NCBI GenBank assembly: GCA_025928935.1
Contig: JAICNB010000001.1
Coordinates: 18,326-82,325 of the forward strand
DNA from: Acidimicrobiia bacterium
GTDB lineage: Bacteria > Actinomycetota > Acidimicrobiia > Spongiisociales > ZC4RG35
Reading direction: 5' to 3'
Length of the DNA stretch: 64,000 nt
This document shows positions 9,408 through 17,774 of this stretch, piece after piece. The position numbers and the translations under genes were made by a program. The notes beneath the pieces were generated by a model. That model did no database searches. It was given only the letters and a program-made list of their open reading frames with translations, and had not been told where the DNA came from. Every line of letters starts with the position of its first letter. Within the stretch, counting starts at the first letter, position 1.

Positions 9408-9823
9408 GACAAATTCTCGAGGGGCGGATCGAGTCGTGGCTCGATGACACCGGATCGACTGTGGAGTACGCCGAAGAGGTCGACGGCCGGTGGGCGGTGC
9501 GGATGCGACAGGAGGCGCGCGACGCGACCACTGTGTGGTTCGACGTCGGGGAGCGAAGCCTGTGGTATGAGGCCTATGTGCTGCCCGTCGCGGAGGCGAG
9601 CCGAGATCTACTCGCCCAGGCTCTGCTCCGGAACATGAAGGGATGGCGTGCCCACTTCGCCCTCGACAGAGAGGATGGCCTCGTCCTGCGTGGCCGTCTC
9701 GCCGAGGAGCACGTGACCGACCTCGAGCTCGATCTGGCCCTCGGGGAGATCTACGACACCATCGAGGTCAGCTTCCGACCCCTGGTCCGCGCCCTCACCT
9801 CAGATCGCGAAAAATCCGGTTAG
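9398..9823 (+). CDS. YbjN-like putative sensory-transduction-regulator family protein
   Basis: In-frame ATG at 9398 (MGMRQILEG...), about 141 aa; the larger 9260..9823 ORF overlaps the upstream gene. Confidence 0.45.
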   Translation: MGMRQILEGRIESWLDDTGSTVEYAEEVDGRWAVRMRQEARDATTVWFDVGERSLWYEAYVLPVAEASRDLLAQALLRNMKGWRAHFALDREDGLVLRGRLAEEHVTDLELDLALGEIYDTIEVSFRPLVRALTSDREKSG

Positions 9824-10103
9824 AAACTTGTGAACACGCCCATGTGCACAAACCCTGTGGAAAGCCCCGATTCCTGTTGGTAACCGGCCTCCCAAGCGGA
9901 ATCGTCACCCGTCGGCGACAGTTGGCGTTGGTCTGCGTTGCTCGACACTCACTCCAGGGTCGTTGATTCACCGCCCCGAAACCCGTACATTCGCCGCTGC
10001 GAACGCCCGAGAGGCAGACCGGAGAACCGTCCGTTCGGGGAAGTGCGGAGGAGACTCTGGTAGGTCACTCGGGCGTTTGCGCGCCAGATCGGGGCAGGCC
10101 GGC

Positions 10104-10811
10104 CTAGTCGTGACAGAGCCGGGCGAAGCGTGTCGCCTCGAGACACGACTGACCGGGGGCAACCGCCCGGTCAGGCGGCACGATCATCGTGGTGGTGGTG
10201 GTCGGAGGCAGGGTCGTGGTGGTGGTCGACGTCGTGGCCGGTGACGGGGGGGCTTGCTCTCCGCCCTCGGAAGGTGGAGCAGTCCCCGTCGGTGTGTCCG
10301 CAGGAGGCGGCGGTGGGGGCACGGTGGTGTCGGGTGGTGGAGGAGATGCCGTGGTGGCAGGGGTCGTCTCGCCCTTCTTCATGAACACCACGGTGACGTA
10401 CAGGGCCCCGTCGGGTGCGGTGTCGGTCCCGACACCCACGTAGTTGTAGTCGCCGAGGATGTTGGCGGCATGGCCCGAAGAGTTCATGAAAGCCGAGTGC
10501 AAGGATGTAGGGGACTGGCCCCGACCGACGTTCTCGCCAACGCGTGACCAGCCGCTCCCCGCCGCTGCAGCGAGCTCTCCCGAGCTGGAATGGAAGATGT
10601 CGCCGGCGGCGATCATCGCCGCCGTGTGGTTTCGGGCGTGGGATTGGAGGCCACCGTCCACCTGCAACGCCCCCAGCCCGTTGTTGGAGCGGGTCGAGTT
10701 GATCAACGAGACGAACTCGCTCTCCGATCCTGAATCGGCTCCTGCGGCGAGGCCGACACCGATCAAGCCGACGACGAGCAGCAGCGACAGCCAAAGCCTC
10801 TTTGCGGGCAT
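10104..10811 (-). CDS. secreted CAP/SCP (PR-1-like) domain protein with Pro/Thr-rich C-terminal tail
   Basis: Signal peptide; CAP-domain motifs (HTAAMIAAG, GHAANILG, YVGVG); low-complexity PPPPPP/TTTT tail. Confidence 0.7.
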   Translation of the reverse strand: MPAKRLWLSLLLVVGLIGVGLAAGADSGSESEFVSLINSTRSNNGLGALQVDGGLQSHARNHTAAMIAAGDIFHSSSGELAAAAGSGWSRVGENVGRGQSPTSLHSAFMNSSGHAANILGDYNYVGVGTDTAPDGALYVTVVFMKKGETTPATTASPPPPDTTVPPPPPPADTPTGTAPPSEGGEQAPPSPATTSTTTTTLPPTTTTTMIVPPDRAVAPGQSCLEATRFARLCHD

Positions 10812-10861
10812 TCGGGGGTTATCGGCGCCGGGGGAAAATCCCTTTAGCCGGCGTCGAACGC

Positions 10862-11743
10862 CTAAATCCCGAACATCACCTCGCGCAGGCTGATGACACT
10901 GCTCTCCAGGGTGGCGGGGTCGAGCTTCATCGAACCGAGCCGCAGTCCCTTCATACCTTCCCCGGTGTTGGTCATGACTCTGAGCCCGTCCTCCTCATTG
11001 CTCAGGATCCCGAGGCCAAGACAGCCCCCGCCTTCATCCTGGACGCCGACCAACACGTGGTCGAGCCGTCCCAGGTTCAGGCCCATGGGGAGGGTCGGGG
11101 CGAAGACGGTGGGACGCACCTTCCAACGGTCGAGCGGTGGGGCGAGGGCCTTGGCGAAGGCGTCGGTCCGCTTCTGCGCCCGTGCGTCGGGCGACAGCGG
11201 CATGACGGCGGGATCGGCTGGCGTCACCGTCACCTCGAGGCCGAGGAAGCGCCGCAGCATCCCTACCACCGGTTCCATCTCGCCGCCCCGCTGCAGGGCG
11301 ATCACCTTGTCGGGCCGGCACAGCTCGGCCTTGTGGTACTTCAGGGTCTCACCGGCCACGCCCGACACCACGGCAGTGGTGTCGACGATCACCAGGTCGG
11401 CCATCTCACGAGCCTGGTCGACCATCGCCGCCGTGGCGACGACCTGTTGGAGCACGAGCCGCGCCGGTGTGATGGTGCCGACGAAGTGGAGCCGGTCCGG
11501 TGTGCCGATCCCCTCGAGATCCTCGGCGTCCCGGAACACCTTGAGCCCGACACATGCCGGGGGCCCGATCGTCGAGTTGCCCACATCGGCGTCGACGATC
11601 GCCACGGTCCGACCGGCCCCGAGGGCGAGACGAGCGGCGTTGAGAGCCAGGGTCGTCTTGCCGGTGTCGACACTCCCCATGAGCATGGCCACCCTCGCCC
11701 GTGACACCTCCCGCGCGACTCCGTCGTGGCTGGTCTCGGACAT
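10862..11743 (-). CDS. Clp1/Grc3-like P-loop NTPase (predicted polynucleotide 5'-kinase family, COG1341-like)
   Basis: Walker A GSVDTGKTTL followed by VDADVGNSTIGPP (Clp1-type D-x-D-x-G motif); about 293 aa. Confidence 0.5.
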   Translation of the reverse strand: MSETSHDGVAREVSRARVAMLMGSVDTGKTTLALNAARLALGAGRTVAIVDADVGNSTIGPPACVGLKVFRDAEDLEGIGTPDRLHFVGTITPARLVLQQVVATAAMVDQAREMADLVIVDTTAVVSGVAGETLKYHKAELCRPDKVIALQRGGEMEPVVGMLRRFLGLEVTVTPADPAVMPLSPDARAQKRTDAFAKALAPPLDRWKVRPTVFAPTLPMGLNLGRLDHVLVGVQDEGGGCLGLGILSNEEDGLRVMTNTGEGMKGLRLGSMKLDPATLESSVISLREVMFGI

Positions 11744-11764
11744 CGCGGCAATATAGGGGCGCGC

Positions 11765-12598
11765 ATGACGGACAAGTCCCTGCCGATCAGCTTCCTATCC
11801 GATTTCGGGCACGCCGACGAATTCGTCGGCGTCGTCCACGGTGTCCTGGCCAAGCTCGCCCCGGATTCGCGTGTGATCGACGTCGGGCACGGCACTCCGC
11901 CCGGTGACATCAAGTCAGCAGCGCTGAGCCTCACCCGTGCCATCCAGTATCTCCCCGAAGGGGTGGCATTGGTCGTGGTCGATCCCGGGGTGGGCTCGGG
12001 GCGAAAGGCGCTGGCTCTCGAGACCGAGTGGGGGTTCTTCGTCGGTCCGGACAATGGTGTGCTCTCGCCGGCGGTGGCGATGATCGGCGGCGCCAGGCTC
12101 ATCGTCTCGATCGACAACCCGGAGGCGAGGATCCCGTCACCGGGGGAGACCTTTCACGGGCGAGACGTCTTCGCCCCTGCAGCGGCCCTCCTCGCCTCGG
12201 GCGAGGCCTCGATACAGGACCTCGGAGCGGAGGTCGGCCCTGATGCGGTCCAGCCGCTGCTTCTCCCTCTCCCCGAGATCGATGGCAGGCTGATCACAGG
12301 CGAGGCGTGGTGGGTGGACCGATTCGGGAACGTCCAGACCAACATCGGGCCCGACGAGCTGGCCGCGATCGGACTTGCCCCCGGTGCGATTCTCACCGTG
12401 AAGGTGGGGGCCTCGCTGCACTCGATCCCCTGGGTGGGTGCCTACTCCGACGTGGAGCCGGGGGACGCCCTCGTCCACGTCGACTCGGCCGGCCTCATTG
12501 CCATCGCCGTGCGAGAGGGCGCTGCCGACGAGGAGCTGAATCTGACCGCCGGCGTCGCTGTCACCCTGGCTGGGACAGGATCGACACCAGCTGGGTGA
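11765..12598 (+). CDS. SAM hydroxide adenosyltransferase (DUF62, fluorinase/chlorinase-like family)
   Basis: In-frame ATG at 11765 (MTDKSLPISFLSDFG); family motifs DFG, GxHGRDxFAP, VDRFGN. Confidence 0.75.
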   Translation: MTDKSLPISFLSDFGHADEFVGVVHGVLAKLAPDSRVIDVGHGTPPGDIKSAALSLTRAIQYLPEGVALVVVDPGVGSGRKALALETEWGFFVGPDNGVLSPAVAMIGGARLIVSIDNPEARIPSPGETFHGRDVFAPAAALLASGEASIQDLGAEVGPDAVQPLLLPLPEIDGRLITGEAWWVDRFGNVQTNIGPDELAAIGLAPGAILTVKVGASLHSIPWVGAYSDVEPGDALVHVDSAGLIAIAVREGAADEELNLTAGVAVTLAGTGSTPAG

Positions 12599-12728
12599 TC
12601 CCGGCCACGGCGATGATCACCAAGAGGATGACCAGGACGATGGCGGTGGCGGGTCGCACCGAGGACACGATGGCAGACCAGAACCCGGTTCCCGAAATGA
12701 TGAGGCCCCCTCTCAGAGGGGGCCTCAT
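12561..12728 (-). CDS. possible small hydrophobic protein (55 aa, one TM)
   Basis: ATG at 12728 to TGA at 12561; high GC3; MRPPLRGGLIISGTGFWSAIVSSVRPATAIVLVILLVIIAVAGITQLVSILSQPG; overlaps the 3' end of the DUF62 gene by 38 nt; start overlaps a strong hairpin. Speculative. Confidence 0.2.
   Translation of the reverse strand: MRPPLRGGLIISGTGFWSAIVSSVRPATAIVLVILLVIIAVAGITQLVSILSQPG
12701..12725. terminator. perfect 11-bp GC-rich hairpin (GAGGCCCCCTC-TCA-GAGGGGGCCTC); candidate intrinsic terminator for the DUF62 gene or a bidirectional structured element
   Basis: Direct reading: arms 12701-12711 and 12715-12725 are exact reverse complements; no strong U-tract on the plus strand, a short AUUU on the minus strand. 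Confidence 0.4.
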
Positions 12729-12872
12729 CTACACGAAGGAGAGTTCCGTACCGTGGGGCGGGCTGGGAGGCTATCCGTTCACACCTTGGACTGAACGTGC
12801 CCTAGGTATGAGGGGAACGGTTGACCCTCCTTCCTGCATGCCCGTCCATTATCGGTCACCGAGAGTGGTTAC

Positions 12873-13130
12873 TTGAAATATTTTGTGGTCAAGTTCCTGA
12901 CCAGGTCCGGATGTCATCTATGTGACGAGGCGCGGCCGCTGGTGGAACGGGAGGTGATTCGCCGCGGCGGCACCCTGGAGGTGGTCGACATCGACGGTGA
13001 TGACGTCCTCACCCGGGACTTCGGGGTCCGGGTCCCGGTCGTGCTCGGCCCCGGCGACGTCGTCCTGGCCGAAGGTGTGATCGAGCCCAGGTCGCTGCGC
13101 CGGACACTGCGCCGGATCAAAGGCGTCTGA
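12873..13130 (+). CDS. glutaredoxin-like/thioredoxin-fold small protein (CxxC = CHLC)
   Basis: 85 aa, CHLC redox motif near N-terminus; convergent with the cytochrome c operon. Confidence 0.5.
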   Translation: MKYFVVKFLTRSGCHLCDEARPLVEREVIRRGGTLEVVDIDGDDVLTRDFGVRVPVVLGPGDVVLAEGVIEPRSLRRTLRRIKGV

Positions 13131-13146
13131 CGGGGTCGCCAGGTCC

Positions 13147-14256
13147 TCAGGGGATCCAGGCGAGAGCGGCCGTGGCTTCGCCGCCAGTCGCTTCGGTGCC
13201 CCCGACGGTCGTCGACGCGCCGGCCACGGTGGTCGTGGTTTCCCCGTCGGCCGGCGCCTCCTCACCCGGGGTGCCCTCCCCCGGTGCGCCCTCCTCGCCA
13301 CCCTCATCGCCTTCGGCCTCGGCGAGACCACAGTCGGTGAGGGTCTCGGCGGGGTCGGCGCCGCCGAAGCGGACCCGTTCGAAAGCCGCCACGGCGGCGA
13401 TCTGCTCGGCGCTGAGGCTGTTACCGAAGGTGGGCATCCCACCGTCCACTGCGTTGTTCGTGTCGCCGTAGGTGCTTCGCCCGTCTGCTTGGAATCCGGC
13501 CGATCCCAGTGTCACCCACTCGATGTGGTCGGCGCAGGCGCCGAAGGTGGTCGTGACCCCGGTGAGCGGTGGGATGGCGCCACTACCCCCTCCCTGAGGT
13601 CCATGACACCCGTCACAGCTGGGGGCGCCGGTGTAGAGCTCTTCACCCATGGCGATGAAGTCGGCACCACCGCCGCCGACACCCGAGCCGGTGAACTCAG
13701 TGCCGTCGCAGTTGACCACTTCGCCGGTGATCACGTCGGTGCTCAACTCGGTGGAGTCGCCGCATTCCCCCGTGGCCGACCCGCCCAGCGCGAAAAGGGC
13801 GAAGGCGGGAATGATGAGCATGACGGCAGCGAGCCAGCGGGGGATGGCCAGATTGGTCCGCTCCCTGATCCCGGCAGTGGGCACAGTGATCACCTCGGGC
13901 AGACCGGCTGCCTCGGCCGCGGTCACCTCTGCAGGTACCGGGGCACGGGTCACCGGCCCGGCGGCAGCCGCGGCTGCCGCGGCAGGGACGGCTGCCGGCT
14001 CGGAAGGCGCCGGCGCCTCGGGGATCGCCGCTTCCTCTTCGGTCTCCGGAGCGGCTGCGGGAGTGGCTTCGGCCTCGGGCTCAGAGGCGGGTGTGCCCTC
14101 GGCAGGTGAGGCGCCGGCCACAGATCCACCACCTGCCCACGCGGCGAGGACCTCGTCGACCGTCATCCCGGTCTCGGCAGCCCGTGCCGCCGCCGAACGT
14201 TGCACGATCGCCTCGGGTACCCCGAGGGCGGCAGCGGCGGCGCTCAGATCACTCAT
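13147..14256 (-). CDS. membrane-anchored monoheme cytochrome c with conserved N-terminal module
   Basis: CxxCH (CDGCH); one TM helix (LAAVMLIIPAFALFAL); acidic low-complexity regions; N-terminal 45 aa nearly identical to the upstream paralog. Confidence 0.75.
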   Translation of the reverse strand: MSDLSAAAAALGVPEAIVQRSAAARAAETGMTVDEVLAAWAGGGSVAGASPAEGTPASEPEAEATPAAAPETEEEAAIPEAPAPSEPAAVPAAAAAAAAGPVTRAPVPAEVTAAEAAGLPEVITVPTAGIRERTNLAIPRWLAAVMLIIPAFALFALGGSATGECGDSTELSTDVITGEVVNCDGTEFTGSGVGGGGADFIAMGEELYTGAPSCDGCHGPQGGGSGAIPPLTGVTTTFGACADHIEWVTLGSAGFQADGRSTYGDTNNAVDGGMPTFGNSLSAEQIAAVAAFERVRFGGADPAETLTDCGLAEAEGDEGGEEGAPGEGTPGEEAPADGETTTTVAGASTTVGGTEATGGEATAALAWIP

Positions 14257-15113
14257 GAGGCTGTGGTCGTTTCAGTCGTGGGCTCTTCGGGCGTATCAGA
14301 CGGCGGCGCCTCGCCGCCCCCGTCCTCGAGTGTGGCCGACTCGACCAGATAGGAGACCAGCGCGTCGAGGTCCTCGGCGGACAGGGAGAGGGTGGGGTGG
14401 CCGCCCAGGCCGGTGATCACCGCCTCGACCCGGCCGGCGGTGACCCGGGAGCCGATGTTGGACAGGTCGGGCCCGAAGCGTCGGGAGCCAAGGATCTGGT
14501 TGGAGTCGTTGAGGGTCACCGCACCGAGGCCGACGTCGGCGACCACGGGCCGGACCATCTGGCTATGGCACGAGGCGCAGCCGACCGACTGGTAGATGTC
14601 CTGGCCGGCCAGGGCCGCTTGACTGAAGGGGAGCTCGCTGGTGCGGGCCCCGGGGTTGTCCGTGGGCAGTGCGGGCCCAACAACGCCGACCAGGAAGACG
14701 GCGATGAAGAGACCGATCGCACCCACCAGCACCGAAAGCGGGTTGTCGCTCTCCCCGACCAGCACCGGTGGCTTTCCCGAGATGGTGGCGGCCGGCGCCG
14801 TCCGGGGGGCGGACACGGGGGCCTCAGCCGGTGCGGAGGCGGCCGGGGTCTCCTCGGCGGAGGGCTGGGCTGGCGCCGCCGTCTCCGATGGCGTGGCCGG
14901 TGTCTCCTCGGTGCCTCCCTCTCCGTCGCCTTCTGCGCCACCTCCCCCTTCGGGGGAGGAAACGGCGGCAGGGATGTCCCCTCCACCGGCCCAGGCGGCG
15001 AGCACCTCGTCGACGGTCATCCCGGTCTCCTCGGCCCGGGCAGCGGCGGACCGTTGCACGATCGCCTCGGGAAGACCCATTGCAGCGGCGGCGGCAGCGC
15101 TCAGCTCACTCAT
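14100..15113. repeat. about 150-bp direct repeat (about 85% identity) formed by the 5' ends of the two tandem cytochrome c genes (14100-14256 and 14960-15113)
   Basis: Direct comparison: gtcatcccggtctc...cgttgcacgatcgcctcggg...gcggcggc...ctcagatcactcat versus the 15019-15116 equivalent. Confidence 0.7.
14253..15113 (-). CDS. membrane-anchored monoheme cytochrome c (paralog of downstream gene)
   Basis: CxxCH (CASCH); TM helix (LVGAIGLFIAVFLVGVVG); shares the MSxLSAAAAA..GLPEAIVQRSAAARAxETGMTVDEVLAAWAGGG N-terminal module. Confidence 0.75.
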   Translation of the reverse strand: MSELSAAAAAAMGLPEAIVQRSAAARAEETGMTVDEVLAAWAGGGDIPAAVSSPEGGGGAEGDGEGGTEETPATPSETAAPAQPSAEETPAASAPAEAPVSAPRTAPAATISGKPPVLVGESDNPLSVLVGAIGLFIAVFLVGVVGPALPTDNPGARTSELPFSQAALAGQDIYQSVGCASCHSQMVRPVVADVGLGAVTLNDSNQILGSRRFGPDLSNIGSRVTAGRVEAVITGLGGHPTLSLSAEDLDALVSYLVESATLEDGGGEAPPSDTPEEPTTETTTAS

Positions 15114-16590
15114 CGGGAGACTCGATGTCCGGGTCCGGCCCGTAGACCAGGACCTCCTGGGGTACCGCCCTGCCGATGGTCACGGTTCCGATCACTGTGG
15201 CGGCATAGGCGAGCTGGCCCAGGAAGGCGATGATGCCGAAGCCAAAGGCGACCAACAGCAACACGTCGGCCGCCCCCGCGCCGGCGGCCCATCCCTCACC
15301 CACGTCGACGTAGGCGGCGCTGTTCGATCCGGCGACCCAGGAATAACCGCTGACGAGACCGGCAGCGATCATGCTCAAAGCCACCCCACCGACCCCGATC
15401 ACGGTGAGGCGGGTGAAGGACCGGGGACGGTCCAACGAGGCGAGCTCCCGCCCGGACACCCTGGGCATCGCCTCGAAGACGATGCCCGCGGAGAGCAAGG
15501 CACCGACTCCATACAGGGCGGCATACTCGATCGCTTCCCAGTATGCGGTGAGAGCGGTCACCGACCCCACCGAGGGGAAGGACGCGAAGGCGGCGAGGAT
15601 CGCAACCGCCACGCCCAGATACAGACCGACGACACCCGAGACCACACCGGGCTTGTCGCCCAGCTCCTCCCAGTGGCCCTGGAGGGTCAGGGAGGCATTG
15701 GCTGCGTTGGCGAGGGCGCCGATCGGGAAGGCCAGGCCGAGTGCTGCCGAAACCCCGTCGATCCAACCCGGGCCGGGCCCGAAGACGAGCTGGGCAGACC
15801 CCCACCAGGCGGCCGCGAACCCGAGAGACCAAAAGCCCACCGATGCAAGCTGCCTGGAGGCGAGCGGGATATCGAGCTCCTTGACGACTGTGTAATAGAA
15901 GAGGCCGCTGCCCACGGTGAACACCCAGAGGGTGACGAACCCGGCGGAGAAGAAGAGGTCGCTGTACGCCTCACCCAGCGAGCTGATAAAGGGCAGGTGG
16001 CCCGCGGCGTAGACGAAATAGAGAAGCGGGAGCCAGACCGCACCGCCGATCACGAACCACAGCGTCACGAAGCTGCGCTCCTCCTCCCGGCGACGGATCG
16101 TCATCATCGTGACCGCGAACGGGATGACGAGCACCGCCAGCATCGGCAGATGCAGCCACCAGGGGAGGCCCAGGGGTGACCGGCCCTGGCCGAATCCGAA
16201 GACGACTGCGAGCAGGTCGAGGATCACCAAGCCGGACACGCCGAGCAGGCCGAAGTAGGCGAGATCCCTCCGCCACAGCCGGGCACCGGTCAGGCGGGGG
16301 AGGACGTAGTAGATGCCCCCGGCCAGGGTGATGACCAGGAATCCGAGCATGACGGTGATGTTCGCCATCGACTCGGCCCGCCCGTAGCTGATCGGGGACA
16401 GCCCGCCGAACCTCAGGGCGAACAGGGCGAGAAGCTCGAGAACTCCGGCCAGGACCAGGAAGAGCGCTCCGACGAGGAAGTGGGCGACTGCGACACGGTC
16501 CTCGTCGCCGGCCCCGAGCAGGGCCCTGATGTCTGCAGTTTGGGTCGAGGCCAAGAGTTCCCTCGTCGCGGACTGGGACGGCGGGAGCAT
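15106..16590 (-). CDS. large polytopic integral membrane protein (about 12 or more predicted TM helices), uncharacterised; first gene of the cytochrome c operon
   Basis: 494 aa, almost entirely hydrophobic helices; only about 4 His, so it does not match a heme-copper oxidase subunit I ligand set; overlaps the cytochrome c gene start by 8 nt. Confidence 0.6.
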   Translation of the reverse strand: MLPPSQSATRELLASTQTADIRALLGAGDEDRVAVAHFLVGALFLVLAGVLELLALFALRFGGLSPISYGRAESMANITVMLGFLVITLAGGIYYVLPRLTGARLWRRDLAYFGLLGVSGLVILDLLAVVFGFGQGRSPLGLPWWLHLPMLAVLVIPFAVTMMTIRRREEERSFVTLWFVIGGAVWLPLLYFVYAAGHLPFISSLGEAYSDLFFSAGFVTLWVFTVGSGLFYYTVVKELDIPLASRQLASVGFWSLGFAAAWWGSAQLVFGPGPGWIDGVSAALGLAFPIGALANAANASLTLQGHWEELGDKPGVVSGVVGLYLGVAVAILAAFASFPSVGSVTALTAYWEAIEYAALYGVGALLSAGIVFEAMPRVSGRELASLDRPRSFTRLTVIGVGGVALSMIAAGLVSGYSWVAGSNSAAYVDVGEGWAAGAGAADVLLLVAFGFGIIAFLGQLAYAATVIGTVTIGRAVPQEVLVYGPDPDIESPDE

Positions 16591-16675
16591 AACGACTTCT
16601 GGTTCTCCCCCCAGCGAGCACGGAACCGTTCGGGGCAGGGTTCTCTAACGAGACCCGGGTTGTGGTAGAAACGAT

Positions 16676-17317
16676 GTGAACAGGTCCTACGAGCGCGCCC
16701 GAAGACGAGAGATGTACCGCCTGGCCGAACTGAGTGAGAGCCGACGAAAGAGCATCGGTTGGGGCCTGCTCGCTCTGGGGTTCGTCGCGCTGGTGGTCGG
16801 GGTGATCTGGATCCACTACACAAGCCTCCCTCCAGAGGAGGATGCCGGGTTCTTCGACTGGATCCCGAGCAGCCATCTGCTCAAGGGAATCGGGTATCTG
16901 GTGGTGTTCGGGGCGTCGCAGATGCTGGTGGTCGGTGCCCTCTTCGTGTGGGTTCTCAATCAAAGGATGACCTGGGCCAGGGCCCTCTTCGCCGGAGTGA
17001 TCGCCTGGGTCGAGCTGGTCATCATCTTCGGGATGGTCCCCTCCGAGTGGCTCAACTTCGCCCAGACCGATCTCGACTGGTCATCGCAACGGGTCGCCGT
17101 CACCATCCCGCCCCTCCTCGTGCTGGGAAACGACGTGACCCTCAGCTACGCCGCCATCAAAGACTCGATCTCGATGGGGTATCACATCGTCATGCTGGTC
17201 GCGGCGGCGGTGTTCGCACTCCAGCTGCAGAGGATGAAGCAGGGCCGCCCGGCGTCGGCCGAGAAGGCAGCGCCACAGTCCCCCTACGGGCGGCCGTTGG
17301 TCAGGGGTGAAGGCTGA
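16676..17317 (+). CDS. membrane protein (about 4 TM), uncharacterised; first gene of the b6c-type operon
   Basis: Hydrophobic helices; stop TGA overlaps the ATG of the ferredoxin gene (TGATG). Confidence 0.5.
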   Translation: MNRSYERARRREMYRLAELSESRRKSIGWGLLALGFVALVVGVIWIHYTSLPPEEDAGFFDWIPSSHLLKGIGYLVVFGASQMLVVGALFVWVLNQRMTWARALFAGVIAWVELVIIFGMVPSEWLNFAQTDLDWSSQRVAVTIPPLLVLGNDVTLSYAAIKDSISMGYHIVMLVAAAVFALQLQRMKQGRPASAEKAAPQSPYGRPLVRGEG

Positions 17318-17766
17318 TGCCGAAGGGTGTCGTCGACGAGACGCCGCCGTACCGGGACGACTACCAGCTGGCGGTCGTCGAGGGCGACTACTTCACCGAC
17401 AAGCTGCGTCCCAAGCAGTTCCTCCACATCGACCAGTCGGAGTGCATCCTCTGCGAGGGATGTGTCGACATCTGCCCCTGGAAATGCATCCACTACCTGT
17501 CGCTGGACGCCATCACCGAAGGGGTCAACGTCGACCATCCCGGCGAGGACCCTCAGAACCTGGGATTCTTCGTAGTCGACGAAGACGAGTGCACCCGTTG
17601 TGCTCTCTGCGTCGACCGGTGCCCGACCAATGTCATCACCCTGGGCAAGTTCGAGGGCTCGCTGGCCGACCAGGCCGCCGAGCTCGGTCTCGACCGTCGC
17701 CCATGGGACCTCGACACCGGGCAACGTGACTTCAAGAACGGGTACGCGTACGGAATGCGCTGGTAG
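17317..17766 (+). CDS. 2[4Fe-4S] ferredoxin
   Basis: Two CxxCxxCxxxCP motifs ([12 protein letters not shown]; [12 protein letters not shown]). Confidence 0.8.
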   Translation: MPKGVVDETPPYRDDYQLAVVEGDYFTDKLRPKQFLHIDQSECILCEGCVDICPWKCIHYLSLDAITEGVNVDHPGEDPQNLGFFVVDEDECTRCALCVDRCPTNVITLGKFEGSLADQAAELGLDRRPWDLDTGQRDFKNGYAYGMRW

Positions 17767-17774
17767 GAGGCGGA

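Noticed and set aside
9826-9852. Rex operator at TTGTGAACACGCCCATGTGCACAA
   Set aside because: The half-site spacing is about 6 bp longer than the canonical 18-bp Rex box, and it lies between convergent gene ends rather than in a promoter. Kept only as a generic palindrome in the findings.
9824-10103. tRNA or tmRNA in the 280-bp gap
   Set aside because: No GTTCGAATC-type T-arm or acceptor-stem/CCA structure could be recognised by eye.
12307-12876. 189-aa plus-strand ORF spanning the DUF62 3' end and the hairpin region
   Set aside because: It overlaps the well-supported DUF62 gene in another frame and crosses the terminator-like hairpin; the translation is Arg/Gly-rich.
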